From assembly GCA_009103225.1 (NCBI GenBank), contig RHPI01002402.1:963412-1027411 (forward strand): a DNA stretch of 64,000 nucleotides, read 5' to 3'. A program made the translations under genes and the position numbers. This DNA comes from Chlorokybus atmophyticus. Its lineage: Eukaryota > Plantae > Mesostigma and Chlorokybus algae. Under the pieces are notes generated by a model that saw only the letters and a list, made by a program, of their open reading frames with translations, searched no databases and was not told the DNA's origin. This document shows positions 1 through 13,200 of the stretch, in pieces. Position 1 is the first letter of the stretch; every line of letters begins with the position of its first letter.

Positions 1-553
1 CAACCTCGCCCGCTTGAAACCTTGCTGAAAAGAACACCTGAGAAGAGACGTAAGCTTGCCTGTCAATTGGCGCTTTGCTTTGTCTGTGAAAATGCAATGC
101 GAGTCTTTGACACCAGCTACAGCAATTGCCGTGTTAACAACCAGAACGTATTTAAAAGCTAAGTGCATGCATGCGCAAGCCGTATCCCTGAATAAGAGCA
201 GGCTGTGAATATTTGCATGCAAAGTTCGCATTGCGAACGCAGTGACCAAGCAGGACCTCCAACTAAGCAGCTAGGTCTGTGATCCTGCTGAGATCTACGC
301 CGTAGGCTGTACTTCTCTTCAACGACAGCATGCGTTGAAATGTAGTTCAGCCAAATTGCTTTGCCCAGCAGCTCAAAGGTCTGACCTGCAAGCAGCGCAG
401 AGCCTGGCACACTTCATCAACGGCAGCGGGCTCTGAGGCGGCGGAAGTGGCAGTAGATCTGAGAAGCTTGATCAACGCCACGCAATTGTTAACCTTACTA
501 CGCTCCGCCAGCAGCTCCTCGCCCAGCACCGCGGCCGACTTCGCCGCCACCAT
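1..553 (-). CDS. NOC4: 5' part of a NOC4-like nucleolar complex protein (CBF/Mak21 family); runs off the window start
   Basis: Exon 553-386 (MVAAKSAAVLGEELLAERSKVNNCVALIKLL...EVCQALRCLQ) splices via GT..AG to exon 37-1 (VFFSARFQAGEV). As recalled, this resembles the plant NOC4 N-terminus (LGHDLL..RSHINN...LQSFF). Only ~68 aa are visible. Confidence 0.55.
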
Positions 554-607
554 GGCGCCGGCGGCGGCAACTCTCCACTGCACTCGGAATCAGCTTGAGA
601 GACAGAC

Positions 608-616
608 TTAGGGTTT
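608..616. promoter_or_regulatory. telo-box (TTAGGGTTT) in the NOC4 / glutaredoxin divergent promoter
   Basis: Exact reverse complement of AAACCCTAA, ~55 bp upstream of the NOC4-like ATG. Telo-boxes are established in plant ribosome-biogenesis promoters. Confidence 0.45.
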
Positions 617-802
617 ACACCACTGTATCCAACGCTGTGTCGTGTCTCGGATATAAGCATGTACGTCTGACTTGCGACTTGGTTGAAACGCATGCAATGT
701 GTACTGGCTGATGCCTACATGAATCATGTGACATGATGCCACAGCTGTCGTACAAGTTGTACCCGAGGCTTCCTCAGTGGTTCTCAGTGGTTCTGAACGT
801 AC

Positions 803-3302
803 ATGGTAGTACGTACAGGCATGCATAGAAGCAGTGTCGTGGTGATGGTAGCGGCGGCGGTGGCGGTGGTGGGCGTGGCTGCCGGTGGGGCCACCTCGGC
901 CTTGTGTCCAGCAGGGGTCTTGTCTAGTAGTGCAGTTGCAAGCACTCTCCGAGGGTCAAAGGAGCCCGCAGCAAGCAGGCCCGCAAGGCTGTCAACCTGC
1001 TGGAAGCAAGGTCAGGAATGAGCTTATGCTAGCCTAGAAGCAAACGCATGCATGCACGCTTGCTTACAACTTGGGTTTGACAACGCTGCTGGTTGATGTG
1101 AAGGCCAGGATTGAGCTCATGCTAGCTCAAGCACACACGCATGCATGCACAGATGCTTAGGTCTTTGGCTTGAGAACCTGCTCGGTTGACCCGAAGGTCA
1201 GCACAGCCGTGATTGCAATAAATGTGGACAGGCTTGGGGTTGCCGTCGTTGAGGATGTTGGCGCAGCCGGAGGTGGTGGGTGCGCCAATGTCGGCACAGG
1301 CACAGGCGCAGCCGACGCCTGCTTCCACCACGTCACCGTCGTCGTCGTCGTCGCCGTCCGTGGTGATCTACACAACTCAGGCGTGCAACTTCTGCAAGAA
1401 GTCCAAGGCGCTGCTGAAGGAAAAGGGCATTGAGTATCAAGAGGTGGACGTGGTGTCTGATCGCACCTTGCTAGAACGCCTGCAGAAGTAAGTGCCACTT
1501 TGGTTGCATTTGGCGTTTCGTGTGTGTGTATGTGCATATGCATGTGCACGCATCTTGTAGGCAGGCTGTGGTTTCATCTTTTGTAACGCTAGCACATGCT
1601 GTTGAATAGGTCAACTGGCATCATGCTTGCCGTATTTAAGCATGCGATTGTTACATGGCGCATCAGGAAATGTTCCATCAGAGGCGTGGCTAGCATGCCA
1701 TGTCATACTGCAGCTTGTCTTGTGCGGACTGTTGTTTAGCGCTTGATGCACGTATTCTCTCAATTAGGGTAACAGGCCGCAAAACAGTCCCACAGATTTA
1801 CATACAAGGCAAGCATCTTGGTGGTTGGGACGATTTGTCAAAGGCTGTTGAGGAGAACAGATTACAGGACTTGTTGCAAGCGCAACCAAGTCACTTACCC
1901 GCCGAGCTTACTGCACCTACTAAACCACCCACTCCAAGTGGAAGCAGCGACAGTCGAGCCAAAGCACAAAACGAGTTTGAGACGTTCCAGTACTTGGAGG
2001 GTTTGGCTCTGAAGCTGGCAGCGTCACTACCGGGTGACCGGTCTGGTGCTGATATTGTTGACTGGCTGCTGAGTAACGCGCAAGGCATTGCTGGCGACCG
2101 TGCGCGTGCCGTTGAGCTAGGGAGAGAGCTCCAGCAGGCGCACCTGCTGCATCACACAGAGTTTTGCGAAGTGTTTGTTGATGAGAAGGGTGTGCTCTTT
2201 CATGCACATGAGAGCGAGCCTGGCCCCAGGAGTAAAAATGCCCTCAACTCGACGATTACCTGGGTCGGACCTTCTCGCCCTGCGTCTGAGGTACAAAACA
2301 TACATGTACTGTCCGCAGAGTGCATTACATGGTTTGCGTGCCCTTGCATGGGTCCGTGCTTGTTCTTTTCTGTTTGCAGCTTGCAGGCATACACAACTGC
2401 AAGCATGTCTTGCCTACTGGTTGGTGTTGATCATGATGTCCAGGTTGCGGAGGACTTGCGGAAACGCGTGCTTGCGCTGTACGATTTGGCACTGTCTAAA
2501 GATGGCAAACGTCTAAACTACAAAAGCCTGCAGAACAGTCCTGAATTCCAGGACTATGTGCGCGCAACAGCCGAGCTGCAGCGGGTGAGTGCCAAGTCAG
2601 AAAGCAGCCCTCTAGTCACAACATGTTGTACAGGAGTCCTCTGTGTTTTGGTGTAACGATTGAGGTGGGTGTTGATATCTGTAGGTGGACTTGTTTGCTC
2701 TCGACCGCAAGCAAAAGATGGCTTTCTTCATCAACCTGTACAACGCGCTTGTGATCCATGCAACGGTGATCAAAGGGACTCCGTCCAACCCGCTGCAGAG
2801 GATTCAGTTTTTCAAGTCGTTTTGTTACAACGTTGGTGGCGACGAGTACACGCTGGATGACATGGAGAACGGTGTCCTGCGCGGCAACCGCTTTCCCGCT
2901 TCCTCTATCATCTTCAAGAAGAGACCCTTCTCCTCAAGCGATCCCCGTCGCTTCCATGCGATAGTGCCCGTCGATCCGCGCATACACTTTGCGCTGGTGT
3001 GCGGTGCCAAGTCCTGCCCACCCATCCGCATCTACACACCCGAGAACCTGGACACCGCCCTTGAGGGCGCTGCTGAGGCTTTCTGCGAGGGGGATGTGAG
3101 TGTTGACAGGGACACCGGAGTGGTGACTCTGTCGAAGATATTTGATTGGTACAAGGTGGACTTTGGCGCGGACATGAAGGAGCGCTTGCAGTGGCTGCTG
3201 GTCCATCTCGACTGGAACAAGCGCAAGGTGTTGGAGTCGTTACTCGTGTCTGGCAACTACAAAGTAGAGTACAGCAAGTACAATTGGGATCTCAATGATT
3301 AA
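803..3302 (+). CDS. glutaredoxin-DEP-DUF547 multidomain protein (spliced)
   Basis: Grx fold: VVIYTTQACNFCKKSKALL, then TVPQIYIQGKHLGGWDDL. DEP-like segment: GADIVDWLL...RAVELGRELQQAHLLHH. DUF547: KMAFFINLYNALVIHA...DPRIHFALVCGAKSCPPI...SKIFDWYKVDFG...YNWDLND*. The phase-1 intron 1011-1231 joins an upstream exon. The start could be 803, 821 or 845. Confidence 0.85.
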
Positions 3303-4281
3303 GGCTACGGTTTGGTTAGGCGTGTCCGTTCTGTATGTAGTGTACAATTGAACAATTGCTAGACTAATAAGCGCCATCTGTGGTGGCTGGACCTGCGGGC
3401 AGTGGTTGTTGTGAAGTGCATGATGCCCATCCACGTTCACCACCATTCATTTGAAGGTTATGCTGCCTGGTAGTGCTTCATAAAGTTATACACACAAAGC
3501 AGGTTGCAGAATTGCAACCGATCAATCATCCATGTGCCTATTGGTGACAGGCGGTAAAAAAGAGCATCTGCCGCGATTACTGGTAGCTGTTTGTTGCATG
3601 ATCGTGAATCTGTTTGCAGCATTGTTGTCTTCCTCTGTGCGCAACCGCACTGCGGCTCCGTATCGCAGCGACGTGCACACGCAACTGAGCCATTGACTAG
3701 AACGCACACTGTCTGAAGTCTTTTTATGCACTGAGTGCGGCACATAACACATAGCAAAAGTTGCACATAGCAACATGTTGCCTTGTTATGCTCTGCTTGC
3801 TGCTGCTGCTTAAAACGCGCTCAGATGTATGCAAGAAGCAAAGTATGTGTGCCGGAGAGGAGAGATGTGATTTGTGAAACAACATGACAAAAGAAAATTC
3901 ATGAAGATCACGATCATTCATCCACCATGAATATGTCAGGAAGCTATACATGGTATGGTGTAGGACCATTCCACGCCGCGTTGCACTTGAACATTGTTAA
4001 GCATTGCAACAACACATCATAACATCAACTCAACAATCTTCTCTCAGTAGTTGGCACGTTGGTGTTTAACATGTAATGCCACATCTGTGTGCTTTGGTCA
4101 GTATCGACTTGACAACCACAACACAGCACTGGCTGTACCACCCTGCTTAGACATGTGCAACCTACTAGAAGAATGGCTGTACCTATACACAAGGGTCCAT
4201 GTTGCTATCATACACTCTCCTGCAGTATACACACCACACAAAGCACACACACCTAAGCTACCATTGTGGAGAAGCGTGGTG

Positions 4282-7200
4282 TTATTGGTCTGAGTTGCGA
4301 TCCTCCTTGGAAGGTGCTGGCTGCGCAGTCTGAGAGGGAGACTCCAGCTTGGGCTGTACAGTGGGCGCTTGCACATGGCTGGGCAATGAGGGCAAGCTCT
4401 TGTTGATTATCTCTTTGGGCAGCGAGGGCGGTTCTTTGGGGAGCGTGCGTGTAATTGGAGGCGGCTCCTTTGGTAGAGCGTGCGTGAGCAACGGCGGCGG
4501 GTTTTGTGGGTTCATGTCATCAGCGTCTACATCGTGTCCCTTCTTTTGTGCAGGCGCCATGAGGTAGTTCATGTTGCTGCTTGGGCCTTGCAACAGACCA
4601 GCAACTCCTGCACTTGAGGCCGCTGCATTGGATGGCAGGAAGAGGTCGTGCTTCTGATCCCGGTATGCAGTCCACACCTGCATTGCCGTAATGTGAGACA
4701 TGCGCTACAGCAATTACACTAATATTGAGTTGATGGCCAGTGGATGCTATTGAGGGCATACGACTGATGGGTAAAGCAGAGGTGGCTCGCCTCTGATTGG
4801 GCGAGAAGATCCTGAACTTTCTTGCTATGCTGTCCATCCATGGCAAGAAGATGCAACACCTAAGGACGACACCAGATGTTGATTGGTAAGTTGCAACATA
4901 ACGTGTACACCATACTTCAGTTGCACACAAAGCTTGCAGCACATACTTCAACCGCCAGGACCCGTCCAACTGTTATGTCAGCTTCTGACCATTTCTCTTT
5001 CCCGTCCACGCCCTGTGTGCGCCAGTCCAGTAGTGCTAACAAGACTGGCACAAGGCCAACCCTGCAAGTCGTGGAACGCATGTTGAGCATCATGCATATG
5101 TGCATATACTGCATTGTCGTTGACAGGTAGTACCTCAGAGCCTGGTCAACAAGAGAGTCTCGTGCTCGGTTGGATGCACTCAGCGATCGCTGCAGTGTCT
5201 CCATGGCCAGGACACGGGCACCAGACCAGCCCATGGCCTTCATCAGCAGCGATATCAGAGGTGGGGTCAGCGATGGGCTGGCCATGGCCTCCACACATGC
5301 ACTGCTGGCTGCCAGTTGATGCACCAGCCGCAGGCAAGCTTCGCGCAACTGCTCTCTCGTCTGGAACATATGCAGATCGTCACAACCCAGAACAGTCACT
5401 TGCCAAGGGAATTGTGCGGCAAATGCATACTACGCACCTGCAACTGAAGAGCCTCATCGCTCCCAGACTCGAATGTTTGTTGCTTGTCAGGTGCCTGCTG
5501 TCCCGCATGTGCCACTGCTGACAACAGCGATGCCATGTATCCTAGCTGTGCAACATGCTCAGCCAATTGTGGCTGAACCCGTACCAGCGCCAACGTGGCC
5601 GCTGCAAGCAGAAGCACCTGCTCCGGTGAACGTCCTGCAATGATAGTACAAGCTTAGCGACCTATCTCGGCTGGTTGTAGCTAAATGCCGCTGATCCAGA
5701 GTACCCGACTTACTTGGCGGTGCAACACCTGATGTTACCACCGGTGTGGTAGCAGCCACAAACTCCGACAACAATGCTTCCAAGAACCGTTTTGGGTTGC
5801 GCAGTGGAAACTTAGGGTCTTTGAGATACATCCGAACGTACACACCTCCGACCTGCAGCTCGTTGCTCAGGTCCACGTATGTGAAATGCCAACCCTCAGG
5901 TAATCGCCAGTCCATCTGCCCGCGCATCTGCTGGGCGTACAGCTCCTTGGCCATGGCAGACACCTCCTTCCCTAAAGCTTCAGCCATGGAAGGGTTCCAA
6001 ACAAGTTCTGGCGTCTCTGTGGTCTGTGTCAATGCTGCAACAGCAGCATCACCGCTGCTGTCTTTCAGTGCAGCGATGATCCCGTCCGGTAGAAACCTGC
6101 TTGCAAGGAGAGGCAATCAACCGAGTGTGACTAACTTGTCTCATGCTGCACGCAATGATTGTTCAGTCAGCTGCAACAACAGCCCTCAACTGACCTGCTG
6201 AGTGCTATGGCGACGCGGGGCCCGTGTAGTGGCTGTGCCATCAGTTTGGCCAGCAGCATAGCACCAGAAGCGCAATCAGCGGGTGGAACCTCAGGCCCAG
6301 ATGATGGCAGCAGCAACTCGAGGACGTACAGCACCCCACCTTGCTGTGATGCAACCCATGCAGCCTCACCTGCAACCAAATGGGTTGAGGCATAAGTCCA
6401 ACTAGGTTGTTGAGACGCCTTGACTCAGCCAAGTATGTGAAGACGGATAACCGCTGGCCTGCATGACCCTACATGTGAAAACTTACCTGTGGAGGCTAAG
6501 GCGTACAAAACTCGTAACGTTCCCTCGTGACACTCATGTGATGTGTGCAACAGCCAGAGTAGCCGCAGAACCCCTTCTCCGCCCTGCCGATGGCAATTTC
6601 AGGAATGCAACAGCAAGTGATGACTACATTGAACCCAACCGTTGCATATGCTTACCGCAACTGTGGCCTCTACACATGGTGCATGTGTAGACAGTACATT
6701 GAGGATGCCCAGGGCAAGCTGCGCAGAGTGTATGCTGCCCACAGAAGCAGCTGCAAGGCAACCAAGGATTGGCGCCAACTGTTGCCTTGAGGTAAAGCGC
6801 GTTGCAAGTGTTGGATCCGCTGCCAACAGCGTCTAAACAAAGGGAGCAGCAAAGCATCAGCTCATGCATGCAGTACAACATCCACAGCTAGTCTGCTTTT
6901 TACTCTTTGGTATGCATATTGTCACCTTGAGTGCCTGCAACACCATCTCCAACCGCTGCAACAACTGGTTCGACTTGTTTTCTGAGTTTCCAGAAGCAAT
7001 GAGAGCAGCACTGGACACCGCTGCTGCGTGTTCAGGGGAAGCTCCTGTAGAGGCCTGCTTTGCAGCAACCTCACGCTTCTGAACCTCAGAGTCCCGAAAC
7101 GCCTTCATGACATACCTATACAGAGACATGCATTGTTCAGTCTTTAAGCTTCTGAATGCCGTTCTCATGCTGTCCTTCACCTGATGTATGCAACAAGGGC

Positions 7201-10200
7201 ATCGCAGAAGGCTGGCATGTCAGCAGGTTTGTAGGCAGGCTGCTGATTGTAGACTCTGATGTAGATGCCGCCGACCTGCAGCTCGTCTGCTAAAGATTCG
7301 TAAACAAAGTAACTGACAGGCCCCATGTCGTACGTTCCATCTGGCATAGGTGACTGGGCCTGCTTTTCAACGTATGCGAGCAGCTCGCGACGCGTCTGGG
7401 AGTTCCAGATGACCGGAGGTGTCTCGAGATTGGAAGTGAGGGAACGCAGCAACTCTCGTGGGGACTTGTTGGACAGCATTGCGGCTAGGCTTGGAGTTAG
7501 CAGAGCACGCAACGCATCTGCTGCGGTTCTGTTCACGGGTGTGGTGAGCTCTCCTTGAAGTGCGCCAGCCAGGCGACCCAGAGCACGAGCGGCCAGCATC
7601 GCATGAAAGTTTTTCGCCTTTTGGACATTGGCACTGCGATCGGCCTTAGTCTCCCCTTGTTCACCTTCTGCAGTTGCATCGTATTGCAGAAGCAGCGGCA
7701 CAGTGAACCACAACACACCCAATTTCAGCAGAGTTTCCTGCAGCGCGGACGATGCAGCGAGCTGCGCTATGCTCTGCAATGCAGCATCAACTGCGACCGG
7801 AACTCGCTCAAGCCTATGAGTGCAAGTCAGAAGCAGGGTTACATCAGACTGAAACAAAACGTACCAGTCAAGTGACCAGCCACAGCTCTGACCTGCAACA
7901 GCGCAGGACATCTGAGATGACGGCAGGAGCACTGGTGAGCTCGGTTCGAGCGCTCTCAAAAGTAGCCAAACCGGCAAAAGTTTGCAGCACGTTTGTAACA
8001 ACTGCTGCAATTGGTTCTGTTGCAGCAGTAGCCGGAGAGACAACCGTCATACACCGTGCCAGCAGCGCTGATAGAAGCATAACACCTCCAGATCGGATAA
8101 GCTCTTCGCCATTTAGTGCAGAAGAAGCGCAAGTCAACCAGCACAACTCGGTTGCATATTGGAGAAGTGGCAGCCGCTCGGATGTAAGCGCTTGCGTGTC
8201 GTTCTCACGAATGGTTACGGCTTCGAGGAGCATGGGGTAACCAGCATACTTGAATGGCTCAAGGACTTGGCCATGATGCCTGTACAAGATGCACTGGCCT
8301 TGGAGCAAGAGTTGAAGCCGCCATGGCTGTGGGCCCAAAAGACCCTTGATTGAGGCCTGTCGCACAGAACATTGGCATGACATCGGGTGTAGTCTTTGAT
8401 ACCAACAATGTTATTTATACGAACCTGTAGTCGCTCGTATGCTGCCTGAACAGCCATAAACTTGTCGCGACCTTCGGGGTTTTTGTCAGGATGGTAGCGC
8501 ATGGCCAGTTTTTTGTACTGCTTCTTAAGCAGTACCTCGTCGAACACAGCGTCGCCGTTCTCGACTTCTGCTGCAGAACCACAGGTAACGACACAAACAG
8601 CTTTACTCTACAGCGCAACCAACACATGCATCGCATGATTTCACCAGCAGTCCCCTACAGCCATCGCTTGTTGGCAGTACCTGTTGCTGCAGGCTTGTTG
8701 GATGGCACAGGCACCTCCAGCAACCGGCACGCTTCATCTTCAGACATGTCCATGGGCTTACGTGCAAGCTCCTCACTGCAACAACGAACAGAGTCATGAG
8801 CTTCCAGAGTAATACGCATCCTATGTCAATCCAGTTCGCGCTCTAAACCAGCACGCAGACTCAGAGTTCAGAATTCGGTTTGCTACCGCCAGGAGCTCAG
8901 CATGGCTTGCAAGAGAGGCACATGGTCGACGATCTGCCAGTTTGCAAAGCGCTGCTCGTCGCACAGGTTCCGCAGATAGTAACGGTGGCACCACATCTCT
9001 TCAGCCAGTTCTGTGTATGTGACAGGGGGCATTGGGGCATAATCGTACAAGGCATGGGTGTGTTGTGGCAGTTTGTGTGGAAAGTCGCTCAAGTGCAGTT
9101 GAACCTGTGTACAACATGACACATGAGCGACCATGGCATGGGAGCAATTTGCCATTGTGCATTATCATTAGAGCACACCACACCTGCTTGATCAGGCGCT
9201 CAAAGCGCATCTTGTGGTTCCATATGAGTTCTGGATTGTCCGAGTCTGCGACCATAGCTGCAGCGAAAGGATCTGGACCTTGTGTCTCAAGAACGTACAG
9301 CATGGACTCTGGCAGAAGCCCGCCCAGGATGCTGCGCTTGGCTAGTGGCAGAGCGGATAATGTGGTAGCATCAATAGCACCTTTAAAAACAGCAAGCTGC
9401 AGGTTTAGGGTTGTACCTCGTGCAAGACATAGTAGCCAACCTCTCCAACTTTGACCAAAAATAAATGACATGAGCTGCAAACGCACCATGAAAATGCTGC
9501 TTTGTGTGTGTGGCAGCCAACAACCGTGCAATGGCTTTGAGGTTGGAGCCAGTGTATGCCAAAGCAAAATGGAAAACGCCGGTTATGTACAGTCGAGACA
9601 TGGCGTGACGATTGTGTGCGCAAACAGCCTCCAGCAATGATGCTGCACCATCTACGAGTGACGGCTCGCCCACAAGTAGAATCTGCAAGACGTGGCTTTG
9701 ATGTCAAGGAGACTCAAACAGAAAAAGCAAAGGCGCAGCAAGAGCCGCTTGAGTTACCTGGGCGAGGTGAGGCAAACACCTCGGGGAGGACAAGATCCGC
9801 TTTGCTTGCGGAATGGGCGTGATCAAATCGCCATCGTCGTCCAAGCTCTGACGCTGGTCAACAACTCTATACAATATCTGCAGGCAGGCCTCCCCAACCT
9901 ATGGCAAGCAACAACGGGAAATTGGGGCTTCCGGAATCTGCAACGCTGACACATGCAGAAGATGTGCACGATCATCAAAACGCAAATGATGACCAGCAAG
10001 CTCAGCACCTGCACAGAGGTAAGCACTGACAGCCCATGCGCGCTTGCCCAGCGAAGCTCCCGCAGATCATTCAGACGCTGCCAGTCCAGCATCCCTGCAG
10101 TAGCGTGTGATTGTGCATGAGGATTAACACAGTCAGTACCGCTGTGTCATGTGGTAGCCCATGATTGCAAACCTGCTGCCCAGAACTTGGTGCTGCCTGT

Positions 10201-13200
10201 CACCTCTCCCTTAGAGATGGCCAGACGCACGCCATCTTTGGTAAGAGGTCCAACTCGCTCATCCTCCTTGTCGCCCCTGTTATAAAACCACTCCTTTGCT
10301 GGCTCTGCATATGCTGTGGCCGCAATGAGGTTGGAGTCCATGGCCGTTGGGGTACGCTCCCCAGCTTCATGAACCGTTGTCAGCATGTCAAGGATGAGCT
10401 CTATGCCACAAGCCGCCACAAACGCATCTGCATTTTCTTGAACTTGAACCAAAGCCTGGACAAGGAGCAGCAAGTGATGCCGCAGCGTCTTGTCTGATGT
10501 CCAATCGAGCAGCCCAGCTATGTGAGCCATCCCTTCAAATGATCCGATTCGCGCATGATGCTTGTCATAAACAAGAGACATCGCATGTGCGCAGAGAACT
10601 CGGATTGTGTGATTGTTGCTCTCAGCAAAATCCAAGTGCTTCACCAACTCTGAGTCAGCGCAGCACATGAAGTGATGGTATAACGCCTGCATGAAGGCGG
10701 GAGGATCCCGCAATGGGATGTCTTCAAGTTGTTTGCCATCCTTGCTACTATCCACAAGTAGTCGCAGATAATAGCCGCCCACAGAAACTTCGCGACCCAG
10801 GCTGCCATATGAGACACGAAACTCGTGGTGGTTCCAGGATAGCAGCCGCCCAGCATCCGCATCCTGTTTACCACTGACACTAGGCTTGGTATCAACGGAA
10901 GCGCCCCGCGCATACTCCCGGTCCAAGATGTGCAGCTCGGCATCCAAAGCTTCACGCAGCTCTTCACGTGACCGCTCATTCCAGATCTGCACCGTTTGCA
11001 TGAGTCAGTCCATGGCTTGGCAAGGGTTAAAACAATTGTCAACAAAAACATCCCACCAAAATATGTGTGTGCAACATGTGAGAAGTCTCACCAAGTCTGC
11101 ACGGAAATGGTCTTGGCTTATAGCTTTCCAGAAGGCGAACCAGTTGTACACTGGCTTAGCAGAGTAGGGAGGAGGGGAAAACCCATCCCCAACCCGTGGA
11201 GGTGACGATGGTGTGGATTCAGGAACCGCTGGTGCTGGATTTTCTGCAGCTGCAACTGCGGCTTGCTCAGCAGCTGGTTGGCTGGAGTCTGCTGTAGGTT
11301 CAGCAGGAGCAGGAGTGGAAGCTTCCGTGGGAGCCGGCACTGAAAGTACATTAGTTCTAAGCATGCTGAAAAGGGCACAATAACCGTCACAACTGCGTTA
11401 CTCACCAGAACTTTGGTCAGCGCTGGGCCCTGCTTCTGCAGGCGGCTGTGAACTGGAGCTGTCAACCGTTGCCTCCAAGGTGGCAGGGGCAGCTTCTGCG
11501 CTAGCTTGTGGGGTAGACGGCCTCTTCATAGGCGATGCTGTCTTATCTTTCTTGGGGCTTGCAGCGACAACGCGTCCTTTCCTCCGCTGCAGAATTCGCT
11601 TACTAGATGCCAAGCGTGCTCGTTCTGTGACTGTCGCAAAGGGACATATTACCACTTGTGGCAAAAGCCAGCATGCGTTGCTTTCAGCACATGTTGGCCT
11701 GCTATAATGGACATGTGACAACGCGATTGTGTCGCACTTACGGGCGTGCAACCCACTGACATGCTTACCATCTTTGGACGAAGGCTTCGAAAACAGGTAT
11801 GCAATGAGCCCAGGGGGCAAGCACCGTTTGAGCAACGCCATGGCCTCATTGTCAGCCACCCACAACTGCAGCAGCTGTCGACTAACTTCACGACGCTCGT
11901 TGTCTGTGGCAAAGTTTGCGGAGTACCTGGTATGGAGCCAATTAAGATGAGTCTGTTAAAGCCCGCGAAACAACCACTCCATGGGTTCTGCAAGCTTACA
12001 GATGGCGGAGAACTGCCCCATCACGAAGAGCTGCATCTCGCATCGGTGCAGCTGCATCTGCGCTTTCCTCAGCAATGGTACGCATGATGACTGCTACCCC
12101 CTGCAACAAGTACTTCTCAGAACAGTGGTCATGCATGTTGAGCACCATCCAAAGCATCACAAGCTTATGAGTGCACACCTCAACAACGCAGTGGGCTGGA
12201 TGAGAAAACAGTGCAAACAGCCTCCTTCCCAATGATGCCACATGCCGCAACATATCGAAGTATATGCGATCGTCGGTGCTTTCGCTCATGGGTTCACACA
12301 TGACCGCCTCCAGCACATCCAGCACAGCCATGGACAGCAATGGGGATATATCCTGAGGCCACAACAGGGACACCAGTGTGGGGCTGTTGTTCGCTGGCGA
12401 GAAAGCGGCAGTCTTGGCACCCATCAACTGCAGCATGGACTCCTGGCGCTCTGAGGCACCATGACCCCGGCCAGCACCACCGCCTGCACCAACCAGCACC
12501 GCCAACACCTTCACAGCCTCTGCTGCAACAGCATCGGTTGTGCTTGCGATTGCCGCGAACAACCTGCATGTGGTTGACCAAGATTTTGCGTGGAGCCAGA
12601 TTTGCATGTGGCAAGGATATTTGCATGCGAATAGAACCCGCATTGCCAGCCGTTGCCACTTACCTGTCCATGGCTGCAGCACTGGAAACCAAAGCGATTC
12701 GTACGGAGGAGGCACCAACCAGTCTGCGCAAGCAGGACAGCACATCCGTAGCTGCTATGGTTTGCGCAGGTGGCAGCGGGGGCACAGCTGCTGGGTTTGC
12801 AGCTCTTGGGGGCAGCAGTGATAGGAGCACAGTTAGCACGGTTTCCACCACCTCAACACCATGGGAAAGCCCACCGTAGGGAATGCACGCATTGAATTCC
12901 CGCACTCTTCGCCGCAACCTTGTTCGCACCTGCTCACTTGCTGCATCGCTTGCCCCAGACCGAGGTCCAATGACAGATGTCTTGACTCCAGCAATGGGTC
13001 CTATCGGATTCACGGGACTGTAGCTTGAGTCCGAGTTGCTGTGCGACTGGCCGTCACCCAGACCAAACAACACAGCAAGCCCAGTGGGATCTGTTGCAGC
13101 TTCTTTTGCAGCAGTGGCAAGATGTTTCACATGTATTTGCTCTACTTCAGTGTCCACAGCGACAGCAGCACCACCCCCGATATGCTCTCCGCCAGGTGAA

